Positions 40,401-51,800 of a stretch of DNA of 64,000 nucleotides are shown here, piece after piece. Position numbers and translations under genes: made by a program. Origin of the DNA: the human T2T-CHM13v2.0 reference genome, Homo sapiens. The notes under the pieces were generated by a model, which saw only the letters and a list, made by a program, of their open reading frames with translations, ran no database searches and was not told where the DNA came from. Each line of letters begins with the position of its first letter. Position 1 is the first letter of the stretch. The stretch lies in assembly GCF_009914755.1 (NCBI RefSeq), contig NC_060947.1; one strand, written 5' to 3'.

Positions 40401-42713
40401 AAACAAAACAAAGGTTTAACTCTGTGAGATTAATCCACATATCTGAAAGCGGTTTCACAGAATGCTTCTTTCTAGTATTTATCCAGAAATATTCAGTTTT
40501 TCACCATAGACCTCAATGGCCTCCCAAATATCCCTTCATGGATTCTACAATGAGTGTTTCCCACTGCTGAATTAAAAGAAGCTTTAACTCTGTGAGGTGA
40601 ATCACACGTCACAACACTGTTTCTCAGATAGCTTCCTGTTCGTTTTTTTCTGGGTGTATTCAGTTTTTCACAGTAGGCCCCAATGGGCTCCAAAATGTCG
40701 CTTCACAGATTCTAGAAGAAGAGTTTTTCCAACCTGCTGAATCAAAAGAATGGTTTAACTCTGCAAGATGAATCCACACATCACAAAGCAGTTTCACAGA
40801 TTGCTTCTTTCTAGTTTTTATCTGGGGATATTCGATTTTTTACCACAGGCCAGAAGGTCTCCCAAATGTCCCTTCGCAGAGACTACAAGAAGAGTGTTTC
40901 CAACCTGTGGAATCATTTAAATCTGAGAGATGAATCCACACGTCACAAAGCAGTTTCACAGATAGCTTCTTTCTAGTTTTTATATGGGGATATTTGGTTT
41001 TTCACAGTAGGCCTCAATGGGCTCCCAAAAGTCCCATCACAGATTCTACAGGAAGAGTGCTTCCAACCTGCTGAAACAAAAGAAAGTTTCAGCTCTGTGA
41101 GGTGAATCCACCCATCAAAGTGCAGTTTCACGAGTAGATTCTTTCCAGTTTTTATCCAAGGATATTCAGTTTTTTCATAGGCCTCATTAAGCTTCCCAAT
41201 GTCCCTTCACAGATTCTACAAGTAGAGTGTTTCTAGCTTGCTGAATCAAAAGAAATATTTAACTTTGTGAGATGAATCTACATATCACAAAGTAGTTTCA
41301 CAGATTGCTACTTTCTAGTTTTTATCTGGGGATAATCAGTTTTTCATCATATGCCTCAAAGGGCTCCCAAATGTCCCTTTGCAGATTCTTCAAGGAGAGT
41401 GTTTCCAACTGGCTAAAAGAAAGTTTTAACTCTGTGAGCTGAATCCATACATCAAAAAGCAGTTTCACTGATAGCTTCTTTCTAGTTTTTATCTGAAGAT
41501 ATTCGGTTTTTCACCACAGGACTTAATAGGCTCCCAAATATGCCTTCCTGGCTACTACAAGAAGGGTGTTTTCAACCTGCTGAATCAAAAGAAAAGTTTA
41601 ACTCTGTGCATTGAATCCACATATCAGGAATCAGTTTCATAGATAGCTTCTTTCTAATTTATATCTGGGGACATTCTGTTTTTCACCATAGGCCTCAATG
41701 GGCTCTCAAATGTCCCTTCGCAGATTCTACAAAAACAGTGTTTCCAAGCTGCTGAATCAAAAGAAGGGTTCAATTGGGTTAGATGAATCCACACATCAGA
41801 AAGCAGCTTCACAGATAGTTTCTTTCTAGTATTCATCTGGGAATATTCGGGGTTTCACAATAGGCCTCAATGGGCTCCCAAATGTTCCTTCCCAGATTCT
41901 ACAAGAAGAGTGTTTCCGAACTGCTGAATCAAAAGAAGGGTTTAATTCTGTGAGATAAATCCACCCTTCACAAAGCAGTTTCACAGATAGCTTCTTCTTA
42001 GTTTTTACCTGTGGATATTCTGTTTTTCACAGTAGGCCCCAATGGGCTCCCAAATGTCCCTTTGAAGATTGCATAAAAAGAGTGTTTCCAACCTGATGAA
42101 TCAAAAGAATGGTTTAATTCTCTGAGATGAATCCACACATCACAAAGCAGTTTCACATATAGCTTCTTTCTACTTTTTATCTGGGGATATTCCGTTTTTT
42201 ACCATAGGCCTCAATGGGCTCCCAAATGTCCCTTCCCAGATTCTGCAATAGAATGTTTCCAGCCTGCTGAAACAAGTCAAAGTTTTAACATTGTGAGATG
42301 AGTCCACACATCACAAAGCAGTTTCACAAATAGCTTCTTTCTAGTTTTTAATTGAGGTGATTCAGTTTTTTACTGCAGGCCACAATAAGCTCCCAAGTGT
42401 CCATTTGCAGATAGTACAAAAAGAGTGTTTCCAACGGGTTGAATGGTTTAATTCTGTGAGAAGAATCCACACATCAGACAGCAGTTTCACAGATAGCTTC
42501 TTTCTAGTTTATATCTGGGGTTATTTGGTTTTTTACCATAGACCTCAGTGGGATCCTAAATGTCCCTTTGCACATTCTACAAGAACACTGTTTCTAACCT
42601 GCTAAATCAAAAGAAAGGTTTAACTCTTTCAGAGGAATATACACATCAGAAAGCATTTTCACAGGTAGCTTCTTTCTAGTTTTTATCTGGGGATATTCCT
42701 TTTTTTCACCATA
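37449..42713. repeat. Ancient monomeric alpha satellite, right block part 1
   Basis: ~171-bp units in the same orientation as the left block, with TTTCACCATAGG and frequent TTCTACAAGAAGAG variants. Confidence 0.97.
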
Positions 42714-43221
42714 TGCCAAGACCAGCTCTTTCATGGAGACCCTAAAGCAGTGACACTAGTAGAATTAAAGACACACACACTGAAATATATTGTGTGGAGT
42801 GAGAAATCAGGGTTCTCACAGCCTTCAAACCTGAGAGCCTTGAACAGAGATTTATCCACATATTTATTGACAGCAAGCCACTGATAAGCATTGTTTCTAT
42901 AGATTATAGTTTAACTGAAAGTATTTCTTACGGAAAATAAAAGGATGGGCTGAAATAAAGGGATGGGCTCTGGCTAGTTATCTGCAGCCTGAACATGTCC
43001 TTAAGGCACAGATCACTCATGCTATTGTTTGTGGGTCAAGAAAGCCTTTAAGCATTTTTCCACCCTTGGTGGGCCAGGGCTACTTCCCCTCATTCTGGTG
43101 AACTGACAGCCTTCCAGTGGGGGCCTCATGGCCATCACAAGCAGGTCACAGTGCTGTAGAGATTTTGTTTATGACCAGTTTGTGGCCAGTTTAAGGCCAG
43201 ATTTGTGGCCTTTTCCCAACA
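42714..43221 (-). repeat. 3' LTR (MER9-like)
   Basis: Minus strand TGTTGGGAAAAGGCCACAAATCTGGCC...GGTCTTGGCA, preceded by the purine tract GAAGAAGGAAGA. Confidence 0.9.
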
Positions 43222-43234
43222 TGTCTTCCTTCTT

Positions 43235-44290
43235 CGTTTTGCAAAGTGATAAAAGCATAGGCAGCTTTGTCACAGTGAGCTACTTCTCACAGGATTCAGG
43301 ATTCACATCTGCAGACTATACAAAGACCAAAAACACAGATTAATAACACAACCATTGTTGAAATCACAGAGCTTTCCAGTGTTTTTATCCGTTTTAATGG
43401 GGTACTAGCTGCTAATCTCTCTGCAGCTCCTTCAAGCACTCCAGTTCCTGACATTAAGGCCAGGTGTGACTGGGATGCCTTAAATATTTGTTCTTTTAAA
43501 TTTTGCAATAGCCAAAGACAAGTTTGTAGAGTGTCTTAGACGCATTTTATTCTTTCCCAAATTTGATCTTATTAAGAGCCATTAATAGTTTCCACAAGTT
43601 CATATGTTTAGCTCACACAACGAGCCACCTCATTTGAGGTTGAGGTGCCACTATACCGTAATGGTTCCAGATAATAGGAACTCTTGCCATACTTCTTACC
43701 ATTTATACCATCTGACTGTTTTGTTCAGACCAGCTGAACATAGTGTGACTGTGGCACACCAATTGAGAGGTGCAATTCAAGCTAAACATCCTCTTAGGGG
43801 ACCAATCAATCGTGATTCCATAGGAGTCATTGCATAGCACCTCTGACTGTTCTGCAATGCAATCTTCCCAAACAAGTACATTCATTTTTTCTAACCAGAT
43901 CCAATCATGTTTACAAATTAGTTTTTGAGGACAGTATGCCTCAATTATAGGAGCAAATTTATCATGGTTTATTCTGAGATTAGAAAGCATGTGTAACTGT
44001 GTCATACAGTGATTACATCCAGGCATTATTGCCAGCCAGGATTGATAGATATGTCCAGTAACTATAATTGTTCTCTGTTTCAGCCATTTTTGAAGGAATA
44101 CACATGGCAGTGGTGATCACTGCTATCATAGATATCATTAAATTACTAATAGTGACCGGTTGTCCCACTTTTCTTAGGTTTTCTTCCTCCTTCTGTGACA
44201 GCTTCTTGATCTGTCCCCATGTGGGTGGCTGTGTTCGACAGGTGTGTCTCATGATAGTTGGGGTCCTCCTCAGTGTCAGTCTTGACATGG
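43235..44290 (-). pseudogene. env: HML-3 env remnant with large deletions
   Basis: PPTWGQIKKLSQ signal-peptide motif, VWEDCIAEQ (SU) and LKEQIFKASQSHL (TM) fall within only ~1 kb. Confidence 0.85.
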
Positions 44291-45960
44291 CTGCAACCAG
44301 GGGGTCCTTGCAACCCTCTCAGAATATCTTCCTCAATATCTGGCTCATGATAAGGTTTCAGGTGTCTTGATGGTATCAAAATTGGCTGTTGATTCGGTCC
44401 TGGAGAAACACAAGCATAACCTCTACCCCAATTGATTATTTTAACTATTTTGCAAATTTTGCTATTGGATCTCTCCTCAACCCAGTTGTTCTGCTTCTGT
44501 CTTTGCAGCAGGTTTCTGTAGATGCTGTTCAGCTGCTGATAGCATCTGGCCTTTAAGAAGGCTCAAAAATTTAAAGTTAATAATGCTAGATGCAATTGCA
44601 TATGGGGTGTCCCATAGTCACTGTTTCTCCCCCTTTTTTTGTTTTTCTAACTGGTGTTTCAGGGAGAGATTCATTCTTTCCACTATGGCTTGTCCTTGAG
44701 AGTTATATGGGATACCAGTAATGTGTTTCATATTACATATAGAGAAAAATGTAGCTAGAGCTTGGGGAGTATATCCTGGGGCATTATCTGTTTTAATAGA
44801 AGCTGGAATGCCCATCACCACAAAACACTGCAAAAGGTGACATTTAACACAGGCAGAAGACTCTCCTGATTGGCATGTAGCCCAGACAAAGTGAGAAAAG
44901 GTGTCCACACATACATGTACATAAGCTAGTCTCCCAAACGAGAGAACATGTGTGACAACTATTTGCCAAAGAGAACTAGGTTCCAATCCCCAAGGATAAA
45001 CTCTTCCAGTAAAAGATAAGGAATGCACCATTTGGCAAGTTGGGCATCACTGGATAATAGCTTTAGCTTCTTTCGTTAATTGCCGAGGACTAGTGAGACT
45101 AGGTTCTCCTCTAAGAATAGAAAATAGATTACTCATGGCATAGGTAGGAACGCCTACAGCAGGTCATATCCAATTAATGTCCCCTAGTAATTTTTGAAAG
45201 TCATTAAATCTTTTCAATTGATCCCTATGTATGGCTACTTTCTGTAGCACAATGTTAGTGTCATTTACTAAGGTCCCCAAGTAGGAGTAAGGAGTAGTAG
45301 TCTGAATTTTATCAGGAGCTATAATTAAACAAGTACGAGAAATTGAATTTTGCAAGTGATCATAATATTGAAGTCATATTTCTCAGGTGGGGACAGCACA
45401 AAGTATATCGTCCATATAATGAATAATGTAACACTGAAAATTTTTTACAAGTAGGTTCAATTGTTTGCCCTACATATGCCTGGCAAATTGTTGGACTGTT
45501 TATCATGCCCTGTGGCAACACTTTCCAATGAAAATGCTTAGCAGGCTGCAGGTAGTTTACTGCAGGAATCGTAAATGCAAACCTTTCACAGTCTTGCTCA
45601 GCTAAAGGGATAGTAAAGAAACAGTCTTTTAAATCTATGACTCTTAAAGGCTTTTTTTTAAAATCATAGCAGGAGAAGGCTGCAATATCCCCATAGGTTG
45701 TGTAACTGAATTAATGGCTCTTAAATCAATTAACATTCTCCATTTACCTGATTTTTTCTTAATTACGAAAACTGGAGAATTCCAATGGGAAATTTTGGAG
45801 CAATGTGTCCTTTTTCTAATTGTTCAGTAACTAATTCCTCTAAAGCCTCCAGTTTCTTTTTACTTAGCGGCCATTTTTCTATCCAAATTGGCTTATCTGT
45901 TAACCATTTTAAAGGTGTAGGTTCTGGAGGCTTAACAATGGCCACCGTCAAAAATGGTAT
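44250..45960 (-). pseudogene. pol: HML-3 pol pseudogene lacking RNase H
   Basis: RT start (PLKWLTDKPIWI), HYMDDI near 45404-45421 and NDFQKLLGDINWI, joined directly to integrase (CPTCQ; VDTFS; KTDNAPGY; [13 protein letters not shown]). Confidence 0.9.
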
Positions 45961-46870
45961 CCTAAACCTTGGCAGGAACTTTGTCTTTCCACTTGAAGTA
46001 GTTGCTTCAAATCTTACAAATTTTTTCCTAGTCCCATACCAGGGACCTAACCCTTTTCATGCATCATATGTTGACTTTGAGGGCTGTATAATTGCTCTGG
46101 AATTAGAACTTGTTCTCCCCATTTTGTAATAAATCTCTTCCCCATAAATTTATAGTTACAGAAGTTAGAATTGGTTGAATAGTCCCAGATTGTATGTCGG
46201 GCCCTTCACAGTGAAAAATATAACTACTTTGATATACTTCAGGGGCTTTACTAACTCCAACTATGTTAAATTGAACAGGTTGAATTGGCCACGCAGATGG
46301 CCAGTGCTGTATAGAAATGATTGAAACGTCCGCTCCTGTATCTACCAAACCTTTGCATTTCTTTCCCTTAATAGTTATTTCACAGGTAGAAAGTTTATCA
46401 GTAATTGGATTTACCCAGTAAGCCGCTTTGCCCTTTTTATTTGTGCTTCCAAATTCTCCTGATCATTTAATTTTACTTTTCCCCATTTCCACATATAGCA
46501 CAATCAGGAGCTGTGCTATACACTCTCCTGGCTCTGCTTTCCAGGAAACAGAAGTAGATATAACAATTTGAATTTCCCCATTGTAATCTGAATCAATGAA
46601 TCCTGTTTGTACTTGTACCCCTTTTAAATTTCAACTAGACCTGCCTAGATATAATCCTATCATCCCTGCTGGCAAGGGTCCACAGACTCCTGTTGGGACC
46701 CTTTGCAGGGGTTCCCCGGGCAGAAGTCTCACAGCTTTTGTGCAGCACAAATCTGCTCTGGCACTACCAGCTGTGACAGGGGACAGATATTTTACAGTGG
46801 TGAGAGAATGGCCTGAGCCAGAAATGCCTTGGTTTGGAATGCGGCCCAGGATAGGCCCCTCATGGCCTTT
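45950..46870 (-). pseudogene. pro: HML-3 pro pseudogene (dUTPase plus protease)
   Basis: dUTPase (PTGVCGPLPAG...GRSS; IDSDYNGEIQI) near 46560-46770. Protease VDTGADVSII and INLWGRDLL in ORF 46103..46348. Confidence 0.87.
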
Positions 46871-48150
46871 CCTGAAATCAAGTTACCATCTTTATCAAAC
46901 TTAGAATGACACTGATTTTCCCAATGTTTTCCTTTTTTATATTTTGGACGTATTTCAGGCTCAGCAGTTTTCTTTTTTCCCCTACCTTGTGGCCTGACTT
47001 ACCGATTTTTTCTACATTCTTTTTTAGTATGAACATGGTTTCCACAGTTAAAACAAGCTCCAGGAAATGGAACATTTCCTTTATTCACTTTCAGTCCTGC
47101 CATAGCTTACACCAACAAAGTAGCTTTATGCAGATTGCTTCTGATACCATCACAGGCCTTGATATAATCAACTAAATGTGCTTTCCCTCTAATATGTCAC
47201 AGAGCAGCCTGGCACTCAGGATTAGCATTTTCAAAAGCTAATAACCGCAACACTATATCCTGAGAAGCTGAATCTGCAATCACCTTTTTAAGAGACACCG
47301 ATAACCAAACTACAAAATATATATACTGTTCTTTTGGTCCCTGTTTTACAGCACTGAAGGAAGGGTATTGCTCTCCTCCTGAAGTTATTTTTCCCCACGC
47401 TCTAATGCACACTCCTCTAAGCTGCTCTATGGCATCATCCTGCATGACCACTTGTGCATTGAAACCAGCCCAACTGCTAACCCCCAAAAGGTGGTCTGCA
47501 GTTATATTAACTTGCAGTTGGGCCTGTGCATTGCAAGCAGCCTGAATGGAACTTTCATCTGCCCACCAAGTTTTAAATTGTAAGAACTGAGCAGGAGTTA
47601 GGCAAGCTAGTGTAAGAGCATCCCAGACAGTAGGAATCATCCAAATGGAAACAGTAATATTCTTAAACACTCCCATTACAAAAGGAGAACCTGGTCCATA
47701 TTGATTAACAGCTTTTTTAACTTCTTTGAGTAATTTAAAAGGAAAAGGCTCAAATGTAGATATAATATTTTCCTGTTGATCTTGGTGGTGTATTCTAAGG
47801 GGGAACTGCCAAGCCTCTAAATCACCTTCTCTTCCAGCTTGCTGAAATCCTGCCTGAATACAACTGAGAATGGTTGCTCAAAGCACTGCTTGAACAGTCA
47901 CTGGAGCAACTACTTTTCACCTAGTGTCCTCCAGAAAAGAAAGATCTGGAGGGTCAGGACACTCCTTTCCTTCACAATAAGGAGGGGGTGTAGAAAGGTA
48001 GGGAAAAACCTCTTCCTCCTTTGCTGCTTTAGGTTAGCTGGCAACAAACCTGCTCTGTTACTTCATTTTACTCTCCTTCCTCCTCCTCACCAGTGTGAAA
48101 AGGTTCCAAGGTGGAATGAGCTAGAGCCCACACTTCTCTTATTGTTACCA
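46860..48150 (-). pseudogene. gag: HML-3 gag pseudogene
   Basis: Capsid in ORF 47197..47676 (QFLQFKTWW; VKQGPKEQY; AFENANPECQ). Knuckle CFNCGNHVHTKKEC near 47015-47057. The matrix region appears largely missing. Boundaries are approximate. Confidence 0.82.
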
Positions 48151-48272
48151 TGATGCTTCCAAGCTCCCCTCCTTACTCACCATGGGGATTGCTTAATAGC
48201 ACTTGGGTGTCCTCCAGCTTAATTCCATGTTCTCCAATCAATGTTCTGGAGACCCTTTGACCCAGGTTTGAT

Positions 48273-48290
48273 CCCCACATATGGGCGCCA
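48273..48290 (-). promoter_or_regulatory. tRNA-Lys primer binding site
   Basis: TGGCGCCCATATGTGGGG, 2 bp after the 5' LTR; resembles the Lys1,2 PBS TGGCGCCCAACGTGGGG. Confidence 0.8.
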
Positions 48291-48292
48291 CT

Positions 48293-48804
48293 TGCCAAGA
48301 TTAGCTCGGTTGTGGAGACCCTAACCCAGCAGTGCTAGAGGAATAAAAGACACACACATAGAAATATAGCATGTAGAGTGGGAAATCAGGGGTCTCACAG
48401 CCTGCAGAGCTGAGAGCCTTGAACAGAGATTTATCCACATATTTATTGACAGCAAGCCAGTGATAAGCATTATTTCTAACAGACTATAGATTAACTAAAA
48501 GTATTCCTTACAGGAAATAAACAGATGTTCTGAAATAAAGGGATCAGCTCTGGCTTGTTATCTGTAGCAGGGAAATGTCCTTAAGGCACAGATTGCTCGT
48601 GCTACTGTTTGTGGTTCAAGAATGCCTTTAAGCGGTTTTCTGCTCTGGGTGGGCTAGGTGTTCCTGGCCCTCATTCTGGTAAACCAACAACCTTCCAACG
48701 TTGGCATCATGGTCATCACGAGCATGTCAGAGTGTTGCAGGGAATTCGTATATGGCCAGTTTTAGGGCCAGTTAATGGCCAGATTTGGGAGCCTGTTCCC
48801 AACA
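48293..48804 (-). repeat. 5' LTR (MER9-like)
   Basis: Minus strand TGTTGGGAACAGGCTCCCAAATCTGGCC...ATCTTGGCA; collinear with 42714-43221. Confidence 0.9.
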
Positions 48805-51800
48805 ACCATAGGCCTCAATGAGCTCCCATATGTGCCTTCGCAGATTCTACAAGAAGAGTGTTTCCAATCAGCAGAACCAAAAGAAAGGTTTAACTTTGTG
48901 AGATGAATCCAAACATCACAAAGCATTTTCACAGATGGCTTCTTTCTAGTTTTTATCTGGGGATATTCTGTTTTTCATAATAGGCCTAAACAGACTCCCA
49001 AGTGTCCATTCACAAATTCTAAAAGAAGAGTGTTTCCAACCTGCTGAATCAAAAGAAAGGTTTAACTCATTGTGATGTATCCAAACTTCACAAAGCAGTT
49101 TCACAGATAGTTACTTTCTAGTTTTTATCTGAGGATATTTGGTTTTTCACATTAGGCCTGAATAGGCTCCAAAATGTCCCTTTGCAGATTCTACAAGAAG
49201 AGTGTTTCCAACCTGCTGAATCAAAATAAAGGTTTAACTCTGTAAGATGAATCCATGCTACAAAAGCAGTTTCACAGATAGCTTCCTCTTAGTTGTGATC
49301 TGGGAACTTTCAGTTTTTCACAGTAGGCCTTAATGGGCTTCCAAATATTTCTTCACAGATTCTAAAAAAGGAGTGTATCTAACCTGCTGAATCAAAATAA
49401 TGGTTTACCTCTGAGAGATGAATCCACACGTCACAAAGTAGTTTCACAGATAGCTTCTTTCCAGTATTTATCTGGGGATATTCAGTTTTTCATCATAGGC
49501 CTCAATGGTCTTTGAAATGTCCTTTCACAGATCCTACAAGAAGAGTGTTTCCAATCTGCTGAAACAAAAATAAGGTTTAAAATTGTGAGATGAATCCACA
49601 CATCAAAAAGCGCTTTCACAGATAGCTTCTTTCTAGAATTTATCTGGGGATATTTGTTTTTTCCCATAGGCCTCAATGGGCTACCAAATGTCCCTTTGTG
49701 GATCCTACAGAAAGAGTGTTTCCAAACTGCTGAATCAAAAGAAAGGTTTAACTCTGTGAGATTAATCCACACATCAGAAAGCAGTTTCACAGATAGCTTC
49801 TTTCTAATATTTATCTGGGGATATATGGTTTTTCACCATAGGAATCAATGGGCTCCAAGTATGCCTTCACAGATTCTACAAGGGTAGTACTTTCAACCTG
49901 CTAAATCAAAAGAAAGGTTTACATCTGGGAGATGAATCTACACATCACAAAGCAGTTTCACAGATAGCTACTTTCTAATTTTTATCTGGGGATATTTGGT
50001 TTGTCACCATATGCCTCAATGGGCTCCCAAATGTCTCTTTGAAGATTCTATAAGAAGAGTGTTTCCAACCTGATGAATCAAAAGAAACGTTCAACTCTGT
50101 GTGATGAATCCACATATCACAAAGCACTTTCACAGATAGCTTCTTTCTTGTTTTTATATGGGAATAATCGGTTTTTCATAGTAGGCCTAAATGTGCTTTC
50201 AATTGCCCCTTCGCAGATTCAACAAGAAGAGTGTTTCCAACCTGCTGAATTAGCAGAAAAGTGTAACTCTATCAGATGAATCTAAACTTCAGAAAGCAGT
50301 TTCACAGATAGCTTTATTCTAGTTTTTATCTGAGGATATTCAGTTTTTCACCATAGGCCTCCATAGGCTCCCAAATATCCATTAGCTGATACTACAAGAA
50401 GAGTATTTCTAACGTTCTGAATCAAAAGAAAGGTTTAACCCTCTCAGATGAATTCAAACTTCACAAAGTGGTTTCACAGATAGCTTTTTCCTAGTTTGCA
50501 TCTGAGGATATTCGGATTTTCACATTAGACCCCAATGGGCTCCCAAATGTTCCTTCGCAGATTGTAGAAGAAGAGTGTTTCCAACCTGTTGAATCAAAAG
50601 AAAAGTTTAACTCCGTAAGATGAATCCACACTACAAAAGCAGTTTCACAGATAGCTTCCTCTTAGTTGTTATCTGGGGATATTCAGTTTTTCACTGTAGG
50701 CCTCAATGGGCTTCCAAATGTTTCTTCAGAGATTCTACAGAAGGAGAGTTTCCAGCCTGCTGAATCAAAGGAATGGTTTATCTCTGTGAGATGAATCCAC
50801 ATATTACAAAGCAGTCTCACAGACAGCATCTTTCCAGTATTTATCTGGGGATATTTAGTTTTTCACCATAGGCCTCAATGGTCTTTCAAAGTCCTTTTGT
50901 AGATCCTACAAGAGAGTGCTTCCAACCTGCTGAAACAAAAGAAAAGTTTAAAACTGTGAGATGAATACACACATCAAAAAGCAGTTTCACAGGTTAACTC
51001 TGTGAGATGAATCTGCACATCAGAAAGCAGTTTCACAGATAGCTTCTCTCTAGTTTTTAGCTGTGAATATTTGGTTTTTCACCATAGGAATCAATGAGCT
51101 CCAAGTGTGCCTTTGAAGATTCTGAAGGAAGAGTATTTCCAACCTGTTGAATCAAGAGAAAGGTTTAAATATGTGAGACGAATCTACACATCACATCACA
51201 AAGCAGTTTCACACATAGCTACTTTCTAGTTTTTATCTGGGGACATTTTGTTTTTCACAATAGGCTGAAATGGGCTCCAAATATCCCATCTCAGATACTA
51301 CAAGAAGAGTGTTTCCCACCTGCTGAATCAAAAGATAGGTTGAATTCTGTGTGGTGAATCTATATATGACAAAGCAGTTTCACAGATAGCTTCTTTCTTG
51401 TTTTTATCTGAGGATATTCTGTTTTTCATAGTAGGCTTAAATAGGCTCTCAATTGTCCCTTCGCAGATTCTGCAAAAAGAGTGTTTCCAATTTGCTGAAT
51501 CAAAAGGTATAACTTTGTGACATGAATCTACATATCAGAAAGCAGTTTCACAGACAGCTTCTTCTTAGTTTTTGTATGGTGATATGTGGTTTTCCCCATA
51601 GGCCTCAATGGGATCCCAAATATCCCTTCTCAGATTCTACAAAAAGAGTGTTTCCAACCTGCTGAAACAAAAGAAAGGTTTATCACATTGAACTGAATCC
51701 ACAGATCACAAAGCAGTTCCACAGATATCTTCTTCCCCTTTTTTATCTGAGGATATTTTGTTTTTTACCATAAGCCTCAATAGGCTTGCAAATGTCTCTT

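Larger units (their letters stand above)
42714..48804 (-). mobile_element. HERVK9 (HML-3) provirus with two MER9 LTRs, internally deleted, 6-bp TSD ACCATA
   Basis: Two ~510-bp direct repeats with TG...CA ends. ACCATA at 42708-42713 and 48805-48810, and the satellite phase continues across the insertion. PBS, gag, dUTPase-pro, pol and env remnants lie inside. Confidence 0.93.
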
